64,000 nucleotides of DNA from Carcharhinus amblyrhynchos (Eukaryota). Made by a program: the position numbers and the translations under genes. Where the stretch lies: assembly GCA_965287045.1 (NCBI GenBank), contig OZ336870.1, forward strand, positions 151,342,001-151,406,000, written 5' to 3'. Below are positions 21,749 to 35,100 of this stretch, piece by piece; within the stretch, counting starts at the first letter, position 1, and every line of letters begins with the position of its first letter. The notes below the pieces were generated by a model that was not told the DNA's origin, made no database searches, and saw only the letters and a program-made list of their open reading frames with translations.

Positions 21749-24422
21749 TGAGGCCCTTAAGTAGTTACTTAAAAACCACTTGAGGGTCTCACTCCACATT
21801 GCCAGTAGTAAACGTACAGCGGGAGCAGGTCCATGCTGGTACATCCCTTTTGGGAAAGGGAGTGTGGGGCGGGGGTAGGGTGTGGGGGCACCTTCTCTAT
21901 CCATTGAAGACCATTCTCCCTTTTACTGGTCTCTGGAACCAGGCTTTCCATCCCTCACCCCTCCCTTGCCCCCTTACCAGGGCCTCCCAGCACTGACAGA
22001 CATACCTGTTCAGTATGGTGGGACTGTCTGTAGTCCCAGAAGTGATGAACACTGGGTGGAGGTGACACACTGGGGTTGCAGAATGGCTGGCCAGCTGGTT
22101 GGCTGGCAGCTCTCTAAGGCAGGATTTCCTCCTGTGAGAGGGGCAGAGGTCTTGCCTCCAGCTGCTTAACACAGCTCCCAGCATCAAAAAGCTGTGGGTC
22201 AACCATTAGTATCGTGGGTGGGCTACTCCTCGACTTTTTAGCGGGGTGACAGGGACTACAGCACCCCATTGCGTTCAGCCCAAAAATGACAGTAGTACAA
22301 ACACTGATTTTTAGACCAGTATTACCTTAGAATGATACAGTGTCATCAGATTGAACTTACACTGTGTTACTTTTGACTGAATTATTAATTTTGGAGAGCT
22401 TCTAGCAGTGCTTTTGAATCCTATACTGTATATAAGTGGCTAATTGTTTGCAGATGGAGAACTTCACTTGCAGTTATTTGTGAGTTCATTAAATTCAAAT
22501 GTCTGCAAGAAGTTAACAACAGAAATTCCCTTTGATAATACATTTTTTAATTTTTAGAAGGTCTTTAGACTATTAGTCGTTTGACCTTCATATGGGTTGC
22601 AGTTATGTGCCATTGCGTGATTATTTGTTGACGATTGTCTGTCACTGCTTGGCCAGATTGATTCTCATAACATTTCTAACATAACATTTTTGTCCATCTG
22701 ACAATAAAATTGCTTCATATTGGTGTAAATTGTTCAGTGTATGGTCAAATGGGACTCCTTTCCATTGTAGAGCCCCCAGGGTGGGAATACATCAGGTATC
22801 ATCCCTGATGCCAACCCACCAAATGTTCAGTCCCGCCCACTTCTTCCCTCGCATCCAGCAGGGGCAGAAGATTCCAGCTTGGTGATCAGTTCTGTGCCCC
22901 TGGTCACCTTGCATCTTGGCAAGCTGATTTGGACATGCAGATCTTGACACAGTACTCAAGATGCCATTTGATCAGAGCACTAAGAAGTTTAATCGTGTCT
23001 GTTCAACTGTTTTGGCTATGTAGTTTAACAACATGTTGGTTTTGTTGATTGCTGCCTTTATTTGTCAGAAATATCTGTTCAGATTCCTTGTTCCCTTTGA
23101 ACTTCACCTTTGGGTATTTTGATGCCTTTCATGGAGTACATGCATCACTCATTTCATATTCTATTTGTAATATTTTTACATTTCTCTACATTAAATTTCA
23201 GCTGTTGTTCTGTACTTATTTAGATTCAAATATAAAAAGACCATTGATTAGAAGTAGCTTGTTGTCGAGTAAACTCTGAGGACTTTGCATTTTTCTCTTG
23301 CTGTTAGCTAAGCTATGTTGGGAAACTACTTGAGTTGCTCCTGCAATACAGACATTATTTCAGTGGAAATGCAACAGAAAGAAATGGGCAGTTCTTGAGA
23401 AATTTCATGACCATAAGTTTTTGAAAAGAATCCTAGCAGCTGATGTAGCTCACACTACGACACTGCAGATCATGCTCTGATCAAGAAGACCGTTCTCTTT
23501 GATTCTGCATGACACATTCCATCAATTTAATTTGAAAGCAATGATATTTCCTGGGCTCTAAATCTGATACTTTGATCTGGAGTCTGAATGTTTGATTTTA
23601 GGGTTTAAAATATTTATAGCTGATTAGATTGTGACACAACTTGTCAAAGTTAACCTTTCGCAGGCCCTTCCAGAGACTGTTTCAGTTTGTAATAGAACAT
23701 CACTTAGGAGAATCACAGCTCATTATTTCAGTTTACCAGGTATCAGTCTGTCATTTTAATTTAGCCTCACTTTAATTCTTATCAGTTCTGTTTGTGGGTT
23801 GTATCATTTTTGTGGTGGTGATTTACGAAAAGATGTGCTATCTGTGGTAATAGTTGATGTGAGCCCCACATAAACTGTACAGATGTTTTGTCTGCATCCT
23901 TTATATAAAAAAAAGTTTTCAAATGTTTTTGCAAAAATACCAGCAAAAGCCCCGCAGCACTAATTCTAGTGACACTAATTCTTGACACCTGTATGTGAAA
24001 CAAGATTGTCACAGGAAAGGCTAACAGCAGGAAATATGTACAGAGTGCATGTTTAATTCAGTTGAAATGTTGTGCAAAATTCACCATGAATATGTTCATT
24101 TTAAACATGTACTGATTGATTTACTAGAAATCCAATGCTGAGCTAAAACTAGCTCAAACTGGAGTATAAATTAGTGACATAAAATTCCAATTAACATGTG
24201 CCCGCTGTTTTCTGACTACGATAAAAGTTGGATTGGAGAGGAGTTTTCAATATTATTGGAGCCATTTTCAAGCTCATATGTTGAAAGGAAATATATTGTT
24301 GGAAATTAGGATTGCACCTGGACTATTATTTTAAGCCGGACAGCAATAGTGTTTACAGAAATCCCAGCTATGTGACTGATAACATACTGCTTTTGTATTT
24401 CAGTCGCACTCTGGAATACTAT

Positions 24423-24617
24423 GGGCAAGATTTTCCAGCCCTCCCGTGGCATGTTTTCTGACTGCAGAGCGACTTGCAATTGGCTGCTGGCAGGAGTTTC
24501 TGGTCCTGTCGATGTCTATGTTGTTTTGCGTGACTCGCTCATCCCACCCGCTGTGGGGAATCACCTTCAGTGGGACCAGAAGATCCTGCCACTGGGAAGG
24601 GCTGGAAAATCCCACCC
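24423..24617. mobile_element. MITE with terminal and subterminal inverted repeats (Harbinger-type termini)
   Basis: Termini are gggcaagattttccagccctccc and gggaagggctggaaaatcccaccc. An inner inverted pair is ggcaggagtttctggtcc / ggaccagaagatcctgcc. Confidence 0.7.
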
Positions 24618-25774
24618 AATGACTATCACTTGTTTGACAATGTTATCTTTATTAGAAATCTGTTTAACTGCATCCAACATATGGCCATCCATGAGTGCCC
24701 AGCCTTATTTCTATTTGGACAGATTTTTCAAAAGGTATTATCAAAAATAAAGTAAGGCAGTACATGGGAGGTAAGGATTATCAATCTTTAAAAAGTGTAA
24801 ATTTCAGAAAGGTTTACCAGTGTCACAGTTAAACACTTAATAGTGTTGGTAAGAAGCTAATTATGACTTTTGCAAGAAACAAGAAAGAAACACTGGGCCT
24901 ACTTCAGCTCAATGTGAGAATCATGTGAGAGGTACAAGGCAAGCGACAAACCTCTCCGTCCTTGCGAGCATGAGATCCAGTTTGTTTTAGTTCTGATGCC
25001 TCTGATTTGCTGCCTCCAGTGTTCTGTGGCACAGCAACCTCAAACGCACTGTGCATTCAGGCCACTCACATGAGCAAGCTCGAGCAGGGCAGGACTGGAG
25101 CATCAAGCTCCAATGACAGCGGTGTGAATAGTGAAAGACAGAACTGGAAAACATGCAACTGTGATTGGAGGAGCGTGAATGCGGGAGAGAAAATGAATTT
25201 GTGTTTGGAGGAGCAGAGGACTTGAGTGCAGAGGAGTGGGAGCTGTGTCCAGAAGTGAGTAGTGGGTAACAAGAAAAGCATCAATTGAGATGCTGGCTTG
25301 GGCTTTAGAGCACTGGAATGGTCTAAGCTTCAGAGGTGATGGTGCTCCGGAATCACTAGTGAAGCATAGGGACTGGGGAGATGTTGCCTGGAACCAGTTG
25401 ACCTGTGAATATGGAGGGTTGGCGGGGGGGGGGATGCGGCTGTGGTTTATGCAAATGAGTGGTCACAAAGTATCTGGTTGCCATCTCTGAATCAGAGGAG
25501 ACCTGAGAGAGTTTTACACTTCAGCAGCTTTCCAGGACTCACGCTGGAGCCAAAGTCTCAGAAATGCCCACAGCAGCTAAAGGTCACAAACCCAGTCTGC
25601 ATGGCAATAGTGCTCAAATAAACATGCACAGTAAAAGGTGAGATTGACTAGTGATTTTATTATTAATGAGAAGCTCATTAACGGGCAAACTTATGATGAC
25701 GATTGGATTATTGATCATATATGCAGAGCGTGGCCAACCAATCTTTAAGCATAGGCTGAGCCAAGTATAACAGC

Positions 25775-26070
25775 CTCTGACAGCACCTTCCAAACCCTCA
25801 ACTTCTACCATCTAGAAGGGTAAGGACAGCAGATGCATGGAAACACCACTACCTACAAGCTTCCCTCTGAGCCACTTGCCATTCAGACTTGGAACTACAT
25901 TGCCATTCCTTCTCTGTCACTGGGTTAAAATCCTGGAACTCTCTCCCTGTGGATGTACCTACGTCTCGTGGACTGCAGTCATTCAAAAAAGCAGCCATCC
26001 TTGTCGAGCAATTAAGAGTAGTCAATAAAAATGTTGGTCTAACAGGTGATGCCTACATCCTGTGAAAAAA
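25775..26070 (+). mobile_element. 3' end of a shark CR1-type LINE
   Basis: cagcaccttccaaaccc...ctaccatctagaagg...aaggacagcagatgcatggaaacaccac...aaaatcctggaactctctccc...ggactgcag...caataaaaatgttggtc...gatgcctacatcctgtgaaaaaa; reverse-complement homolog at 37355-37597. Confidence 0.75.
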
Positions 26071-28599
26071 TTTTTTAACTTCAGGTTAATTAAAGCTGTC
26101 TAGGAACGTTAATAGGTAGTGGAAGAGTGCTCAGATTAAGTGAGTTTCATTTCAGTTTTGAGCACGATGATGGATTTTTAAAGTTCTTATGATCCAAGCT
26201 GATACTTTCAGTCTGTGCACATCCCTTGCTCCTTTTACATCTCATAATCTCCTCTGAAAGTGTGAACTCCTGTGTCAGGAAAGGAAGCTAACAGCCAAGG
26301 TGTAAGGTGTGAGGGGAGGTAGAGTGGGAGAGGTAAATTGGGATGTGTGAGGAGAGGGAGAACGGAACATGTGTGATACAATAGATTGGAAAATGTGAAG
26401 CGAGCACGAGTGGGATGTATGGATAGACACGGTATAGGACCAGTAAGAAGAGAGGTTATTTGTGATGTGCGGGAATAGAAGTATAACATGACCTGATCAA
26501 GAAGTGATGGTTTGGCAATCCTGAGAGTGGGGTTGGAGGTGGAATGGGAGCTTCAAGGGAACTAGAATAGGACTTGTGTGAGGACAGCAATGTTTTCTCA
26601 AAGATGAGCGTGTGCCTGGCTGTGCAGCAATCTGAATCATGCCGCACATTGAAATAAACAGGTCTCTCACCACTTGGTGACATTTCAGTGACTTTTAAAA
26701 TGCAAACTGCCCATGGACCCAACTGTGTGCTCAGGAGGTTGTAGCCCACCTGTTACAAAGAAATTTAGAAGGAATAATTGTCAATTTGGTGGGAATGTAA
26801 TTTTGAGTAACAGGAAATTGCCACCCAGAATGGAAGGAAATGTGACCAACACTCAGGAGTCAAGGTGAGTGAGTTTCAGGAGTATCTCACATTCAGGAAG
26901 TGAGAGGGCCCAAGGTTGGAAAGACCTAAACTTTACCTGTACTCTTACCCCCCCCGATCACATATGGAAATCGTAATCAATGTTTTTTAAAAATCTATCT
27001 GTTTGGACCTCCTTGTAAGAACCTTCCTCATATCTTAATCTGGAGAGAAAACAACATGGTTTCCTACTCAGACCACCACCACCACCAGCACCCCCCACCC
27101 CTAATTGTCGAAATTGCTTTCCCTACCCCCACCCGCAACTGTTGAAATTGCTTTTTGGTCAACAATATATTCCAGTGCTTTGGAGACAAAGGACGGTTGA
27201 AGATAGAACAGTAACTTACAGCAAGAGGATGGAAATTTTGATGAATGGAGTTGATGAGGGTTTTAAAAGGGAGGGGGAACCATTTATAATATCAGCTTAT
27301 AAATATGATGGAAAATTGGTTATTACTGGTTCAATAGAAATGTTGAGATAACATCTTGTGGACAAAATAGGCTTAAAAAATAAATAAGGATAATGGAACA
27401 AATAGGGAACGATGTTGGTTCAAGGCTTGGTTGAGGGATTCTGGAGGAAGATTTAGCATGGTGAGGAAGGAGAAATGCAGCAGGGATAGCTGGATGGTCT
27501 CAGTTTTTGTGATAAAGAAGTCTATAAGATGACCAAATTTATTTCTGGAGATAAGGGAAGAAGAAGTTGGTTTAGAGTGGAAAAATGAAACTGAGTGTTA
27601 CATTTGCTTCCTAGGGTGATTTTGGAGTAATGGGTAGTTTTAGCAGAGGAAAGTGAGGCCCAATAACACTTGATGTAGCCTAAGTAGATCTGGTGATGAA
27701 TGGTTAAACGTGTTGGGTGTCAGAAACATCCAAGTGTATATCTCTTTGACTTAAAGAAATGAAGATGAGGCTATATTTAAGGAGAATGACTGATGAAAAT
27801 TACTGATTTTTTTTGGGTATGAGGGAGTTAATGGTCGAGCACAAAGAAATGGGTCTACAAATTCATGGGTGCTAAGGTGTTGTGGTGACACCCTGTAATC
27901 ACTTATGGTTTTTAAAAAAAAGTCACTTGGGTGTGAGTTTTGTCAGGAAAATTATGGAGGGATTTGAGCTTAGAATGAGTAAGAAGGTATGGGAAGTGCA
28001 GGATAACAGAAAATAGTTGGAGTTGGCCTTATCAAGAACGTAGAATTAGAAAGTCTTCATCCCTTGGACTTCACTTTCTGTCACTGTGTAATTGTTGGAT
28101 GCTAACAACTAACTTGCAGCAAATATTTACTTATTTCAAGTGTATACATCTATAAAAAACCATTTACGTTTGGCTTCAGTGAAAAGTAAACTGGAAAATA
28201 AGAATCGAATAGGCTTTAGGAGGTTGGAAACATCTCCTTTTATAGAATAGTGTGAGTTTAGCATAAATTTATTCTAACTGATTTTCTGAGGAATGCAAGT
28301 CTCTGACAATAACGGTGTAATCTCAGAAACTCTCCACTATGTAGCATTTGTTTTTCAGAATCTCAACATAACCACAAGTAGTACCATTCAGAGGTTCTTG
28401 TCATAAGTTCAAGAGACCAGTGCTCCAACAAGTGAGTTTTGACATGTTATGTACCTCAGAAAATATCAGAGTCTTCACCAAATATAAATATTAAATATGC
28501 TTTAAATGGCCATTGAATAGAAACAAGAGCCCTTCCCGAGTACAGGAGCTTTGAAACCAAAGACAGTTCTGGTTATCGTCATACAGGATCCTGTGACCA

Positions 28600-29005
28600 A
28601 CAAGAGGATACAGAGGAGATTTACGTAGATGTTCCTGGAACTGGAGGATTATAGCTACAGGAAAGGACAGGATAGGTTGGATTTGTTTTATTTGAAACGG
28701 AGGTGCATAAAATGAAGGGAATCCTTGAGAGAGTGGATAGGTAAAGCCTGTTTGCCTCAGTAGAGACATAATGACCAGGAGCAAATATGTGAAGTAATTG
28801 GTAGAAGGTTTTGAGTTGAATTCTTTTCACCCCGAGGGTGGTGGGGGTGTAAAACTCACTGTGAAATGGTGGTAGGGGTAGAAACCCACAACACATTTAA
28901 AAAGTACATGAATGAGTGCTTGCAGTTCTATAACTCACAAGGCTACGGACCAAGAGTTTGGAGGAAGGATAAGTCTGGATATCCCTTTCTCAGCTGGCAC
29001 AGCTA
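28600..29005 (+). mobile_element. Old CR1 LINE ORF2 3' end
   Basis: Decayed homolog of 43735-44142. atacagaggagatttacgtagatgttcctggaactgg encodes IQRRFT*MFLEL, and ttcttttcaccccgagggtggtggggg encodes FFSPRGWWG as read but is one indel from the CR1 FFTQRVV motif. Confidence 0.75.
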
Positions 29006-29387
29006 AAAGGTCACCTTCTATTACAGAGCAATAAAGGAGATAACCCGCTACCCCACTGTCCTCCATCAGCCAGAGAAGTAAACATTGCCAGGCTGCACAC
29101 TTGGCACTGGCCTCCACATGACCATGAGTAAATCCCAGTGATAGCAGAAGGAGTCCCTTTAATTGGTCATTAGTTGGCCACTTAACAAATCTCACATGAT
29201 CCTTGGGTAGGTGGGTGGGCCTTTCAAAGTTTCACCCTGCAATGGGTAACAATTGTAGCAGCAGCGGAGGTAGGCAGGCAAAGGCTGGTTTCATTCTCAT
29301 GGCATGGTGCTCAATTTTATGAATATCACTACATAGTCCCGGGGGGCTGTAAAATCCTGGCTCTTCATCCAGGTTGACATCTAGCAT

Positions 29388-29713
29388 GGGTGTACGGTGG
29401 CACAGTGGCTAGCACTGATGCCTCGTAGTGCCTGGGAGCCAGGTTCAATTCCAGCCTCGGGTCACTGACTCTAGAGTTTGCGTGTTCTCCCTGTGCCTGT
29501 GTGGGTTTCCTCTGGGTGCTCTGGTTTCCTCCCACAGTTTAGCGATGTGCTGGTTAGGTTAATTGGCCATGGTAAACAGTCCTTCAGTGTTGGGGGAGTA
29601 GCAGGGTAATTACCTGGGGCTATGGGCATAGGGCCTGGGTGGGACTGTTATTGGTACAGACTCGATGTGCCAAATGACCTCCTTTTGCATCGTAGAGATT
29701 CTACGATTTTTCT
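29388..29713 (+). mobile_element. HE1-type shark SINE
   Basis: gggtgtacggtggcacagtggctagcactgatgcctc...aggttcaattcc...gtgggtttcctctgggtgctctggtttcctcccacag...cagactcgatgtgccaaatgacctccttttgcatcgtagagattctacgatt. Confidence 0.9.
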
Positions 29714-30735
29714 AAGTTCTGTGTCAACATCAAAGTCTCTCAGTACATTCCCTTTCATGCTTTCTGGAGCACAACTCTACTCTTCTGGCCAACAAGGTGG
29801 TCCACCATCTGTTTCAGGACCTGTGCCTGATCAAAAACATCTTACTGGGGTGACAATACATAGCCCTGCTTTTTAAATGAAAACATTTCAAAACTTCACA
29901 ACATGGTAACAAAAAGAGTTAACGGAATTTATTTTAAAAAATGACTGATTAATTGGGTTTGGAAGTTTTTTGGAAAGAAGCAACTCACCAGTTTCCAAAC
30001 CACAAGAAACCCTATGCACTCCTTCAGTCTCTCAGCAGGTAGTCAGCTCTTAGCCTCTTAAAATGTTCAGAGCTAAAAGCCAACATAAATCTGCTAAGCA
30101 CATTTGAAATGCTCTTGAAAACCTATATTCCTAATGGTGAGTACTGGGACCAAATAACGTTCCACAAATTGTTTTTTATATCCCATTTGGAATATCAATA
30201 ATGTTGTGCAGTGCGTTTGGTTGCCAGGCAGGTCTTCCGTGAGAAAGTCTGATACATGAAGCATGGGTCTCTCTGTCTGCCAGCGAATCTCTAATGCCCA
30301 TGCATAAACTGCGTAGCCCTCGTATCTGCTCATGTCTATCTTGGTTCTGCAAAAGTGAAAGAAAACATTTCACTGGTCTTGTTGAGTTTGGGAACTTACT
30401 GAGTTACAGTTGGTAATTATGTTAGTTTTTTTACTCAACTGAAAGGACTCCGGAAATTCATATTCATTTGTGCAGTAACTTTTGTTGCTATATTGATGTG
30501 CAGCTAATGATAAAGCTTCAAAGGAAAACTAATGAATAAATAGATTAAAAAGCAAATGTTAGAAACTGAGCTCAGTTCCCAAATTTTCAGTAGCATGGCA
30601 GTTAATTTAGTGACCATAATGGCAAAGGAATACAGACACAACTTGACAGCCAGTTCATCCATACAAATGGCATTTCTGCCTAGATTGAGTGAACAGCCAT
30701 GTCAAATGCTGTGCATTGAAACAGTAGCCAATCTT

Positions 30736-30812
30736 AATTTGTTCAGGGGGTGTGGGCATCGCTGGCTGGGCAAGCATTTATTGCCCATCCTTAATTGTCC
30801 TTGAATTGAGTG
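30736..30812 (-). mobile_element. Short LINE/SINE 3' tail fragment
   Basis: gtgtgggcatcgctggctgggcaagcatttattgcccatccttaattgtccttga is the reverse complement of the uninterrupted tail seen at 11770-11800 plus 12017-12040. Confidence 0.7.
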
Positions 30813-31630
30813 ATTTGACAAGTCACACATTATTTTGTGATGAATGCACAGAAAGCAGTAATTGTTACAGCCTAATACAGCCATTCTGAGGCATTCCACA
30901 AGTGACCTTGAAAAGTAGCTATGGGAATCGTAGAAGAAATTTAGAATGACAAGCACAGGAAGTGTGGGGTTGAAAAAAATCTGGGAGCAAATGGACAAGT
31001 GTCTCTGCATGTTCGAGACTCCCAAGAGCAAAAACATTTTGAAACTTTCCTCTGGACTTTCAAGTTATGCTAAATTGTTTTCAGAGCGACAGAATTTGTA
31101 TCTTTTGCAACTAATATGCAAAAGTATAGATTTGTTGGGACTGTAGAATATATTGAGATACATACTGGCCGGATCTTCCCAAAAATGCACAAAGTATTTG
31201 AGAATGCAAAGCTCACAGTTCGTGCAGCTGGCCTTTCTTGCTGTGTTGAATAGCAAGCACACTGTGCAGTTTCAAAGGGGAAATGAAGTTCAGACAGTCA
31301 GCTGGAGGGGTGGGGCCGAAGAAAGCTGGCAATGCCGGAGATCTTGAAAGGGCTCCCCAAAAGCTGATTGAAATGAAAGGTCTCCCCATGGACACCAAAT
31401 CCCCTTCTGGACACAGGCAACCCCTCTCCGCACACGCTGAAGGGAAACTGTGCCCCCTGTGGATAAAGGGTCCCCTGCAATGAAACTCCCTAGAGGATCA
31501 CTTGGCAGTGCCAAGGGGCACTGCCAGAGTGCCAGGAGGCAATGTTTGGTCATGTTCCTCACCAACTGGGGGCTATATTTGACTGTGCACCTCTGGCATG
31601 ATCATCTTGACTAGCCTTTGTTTTTGAAAA

Positions 31631-31725
31631 CCAGCAGGAGTGTTAGGACTAGGGGATTTTCACAGTGACATTTTTGCACTGTTAATGTAAGCCTTCTTGT
31701 GACACTAATAAATAAGTTTTTAAAA
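31631..31725 (+). mobile_element. Isolated alternative SINE/LINE tail
   Basis: gactaggggattttcacagtgacatttttgcactgttaatgtaagccttcttgtgacactaataaataag is homologous to 52105-52182 and 61716-61778. Confidence 0.65.
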
Positions 31726-31787
31726 AACTTAATGTTCACTGGTGTGACATCACTCTGACTGGGTGGAAAGCTAGGATAAGACGATAA

Positions 31788-32117
31788 AACATAGGACAGA
31801 ATTGGGTTACTCAGCCCATCGAGTCTGCTCCGCCATTCAGTTATGGCTGATATTTTTCTCAGCCCCATTCTCCTGCCTTTTCCCCATAACCCCTAATCCC
31901 CTTATTAATCAAGAACCTATATCTCTGTCTTAAAGACATTCAAATACTTGGCCTCCATAGCCTTCTGCCGCAAAGAGTTCCACAGATTCACCCCTCTGGC
32001 TGAAGAAATTATGTCCAATCTATCCAGACCTCGCAGTATCCTGTAAGTTTCAGTAAGATCTCCCCTCATCCTTCTAAATTCCAATGAGTACAGACCCAGA
32101 GTCCTCGACCATCCTCA
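31788..32117 (-). mobile_element. CR1 LINE 3' end with internal deletion
   Basis: Reverse-complement similarity to 43790-44239 (ctccgccattc...atggctgat...ccccataacccctaatcccct...gagttccacagattcacc...agatctcccctcatccttctaaattccaatgagtacag). Confidence 0.85.
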
Positions 32118-35100
32118 ATTTATGCAAATTAGGCTCACATCATTCACGAGTGTGAACCCGATTATATAACAAGCAAGGGCAGGGGAAAGTCTCATTCTGA
32201 GACCTTGCTGGCTCGGATCCTGTTTTTGGCCTCTCACGAGATTTAGCGACCATTATAGGATTCCACGGGGCCATTAGATCGCAGCTACTGTCTGTGCCTT
32301 ACCTGTTCAAAGCTCTAATTGGACCAATCTAGTTTTTGGTGGATTCCATTTGCTCCTTGATTTGATTATATTTTAAACTCTTCAATCTTGCATCAAATAC
32401 AGGCACAACAATATGTCCATGCCATGATGGAAGAGATAAATTGTTGTCATCATGACTGAGGCAAAGGCCAGTGGCAGGGCTGAATCCGTTGGAGATAACG
32501 GCATGGTCATACCTAATTATCTTTCTCACATTTCAGTTCTCCATCAGCCCAGTATTGTTTCTGATTTTTAAGCTGCAGTTGGTGTAAGCTTCCATTCCAT
32601 TCTCTTTACTACAACTCTTGTGCTTTTTCACCTTTGAAATACACAAGAACTGCAACACTAGAACTGGCAGAAACACATGGAAGACAGGAATTAAGCATGT
32701 TTAGTTGATGTTTGTATGAATATAACAATGTTTCATTTTGAAATTTGGATGAGAATGTTCATTGTATTGTGTGTTCATTATCTGAGCATTGTGATCTGGT
32801 GGATGTTGTGGTGGGCAGTAACAGAGAAAGTCAAAGTGTGGGACTGTTGGAGAATAGGAAATTGGGATTGCTTTCATGATATTGTCATTGGATCAGTTGC
32901 TCATGGAGAGGACCAGACAGAAAGGGGCTCTGATGGTTGCCTCTTCCCTGTTGCTTACTTCCCTCCTGCACTACCATTTCTGTTTTGTCTCCTATTGCTC
33001 CTCCTCCCCCTCTGGTCACTGTGTAGCTGATGTCAAGAGTTATACCCTCATGATGATGAGATTGTATAAGATGTAACAGACCATGACAAATCTTGAACAC
33101 ACTCTGCTGAATGCTTCACGGTGTATCTGGGTGTATCCCAGTGTATCTGGGATTTGTCCCTTTTATTTGGAAGACCTTTATATGTTTTAATTTCTAAATT
33201 TTAGCATTCTGACATTGGCTGTTCTATGAAGATGGTGTTTGCTCAGAGGTGGACGTAGGCACAGTATAAGGTCAGAGTCAGCTGTTGCCCATTCAGAAAA
33301 TTATGCTTCGATTGAAAACCCCTAAAACAGCTGGATTTAAGGAAAGGTCTAGATAACTTTTCCTGAGCCCATTGTGTACATTGACTTGTAACAACATATC
33401 ATGAAAGGTAATTAAAACAATTCATTCTTGATGCTTATGGTTAAATTATGTTTAAAGTACCTGTATTTGGATGTTAAATTACTTTAACAGTTTCCCTACT
33501 ATATTCAACTGCAATTCAGGTCAAAGCAGACTGATAAAGCAGTTCACAAACACATTGCTACTTGGTGAAACTGGAATAAAGGCATAGCCAATTGCAACCC
33601 AAACCTTCAATCTGATAGCGAACAATCACTTGTGATTGAAGTAGTAAGTGGCATTAGAAGAGAGTAGAAGAAAAGAGGATCCAGAGGTTGAGGGGAAATC
33701 AATGATCAGGCAGATTCATCTTCCAGGATAAACCATGATCATGCAGATGGTTCACCCAGGCTATGGTAGAGTCAATCATCAGGGTAGCTGATGAGGTTTA
33801 ACTGTTGTATTGCCTGATGCAATTTTTCAAAGTCATCTCAGCCATCCTTTTGGCTGAGATGCAGCATCAGTTCGAGCCCAGGAAAGGGTGCAATGCTTTA
33901 TCTTGTCAGTTTGAATCTTGTTTGTCTGTTTTGTGGGGACCATGAATTGGATTCAATTTGAATTTTTTTTGGATGGAATGCAAATTAAATAATATAGTGG
34001 TTCAGTGCATCATCTAACAGTGGCAATTTTAATCCTTCCTACCCTGTGGAAAATGAGTTGGCAGGCTGGTAACATGGCTAGAGTGACTTATCCCTGTTTA
34101 CCCTGCTGTTAAAATTTTAAATAATTATTTAGTGAATTTTTTTGGAGGGCAAGTAAGCATTTACAGCCCTCGACTTTAAATCAGGAAGATCGGGCTGCTG
34201 CTTTAAAACATGTGTTCTTAATTGTTTCATATGTGATACTAATGAACATGTAAATATTCATTAGTATTCTTTGCAAATATACTTGCATATTTGTCTACTA
34301 GAAAATAGAAGTCGTGCAAATCGCAAACCTTAAGTAAATTGACTGTACAACAGAAGCCTTTTGCTTGATATCTGCCTATTTCTAATGTGCCCCCCTCACC
34401 AATCCCCTTGCGACCAACCCCTCTACTGACCCCAAGAGCTTTGATGGATTTAAATCTTTTATTTCTCTTCCCTTTCGATCCAAATTGGTTGGGAAAGATT
34501 TAACAAAGATTTGTCCTAATACTTGTTGGATTAGTGTAAAATGTTACCCCTGTTGTTGTGACAATTTTGTGTTCGTCCATGAGAGATCCAAACTGAGGAT
34601 GTATGAAAGACCTTTTTTGTTTATTGACTTGGGTTAGTAATGTGTGAAGTTGCCTGATGTAAATCAACCTCTGCTTCCATGAATGCTTTGCCACGAGAGT
34701 GATATAGTCCTTTTATAGACTAAAGAGACCTTTATAAAGGTTTCACTAGGAGTCTATGAATAATCCTTTAGCTAGAGTGCCTTGGCATTCATCAGCTTGT
34801 TAATGATGGAATTCAGTATCTCATTTAAATTATTAACCTTTATACAATTTTATATTAAGCACCTCAAACATTGCTCCACTTTCATCAGACTTGTCTGGTA
34901 CTATGTGAATAACTGTACAATGGTCAATGACTATGTCAGAACTATTTTTTAAAACAGTTGGGGTCACTTCCTAATCTTTTATCACAAATGCCATACAATT
35001 ATTTGAAGAATCCTTAGTCTTAAAATGCTCAGGTATGTGCGAAAACACTTAATATGCTTGTATGAAGTGTTTTATCCACTATTTTAGTGAAGATATCAAC

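Noticed and set aside
26290-28030. Purine-rich stretch resembling an ancient L2/CR1 LINE on the minus strand
   Set aside because: Too decayed to support with specific motifs.
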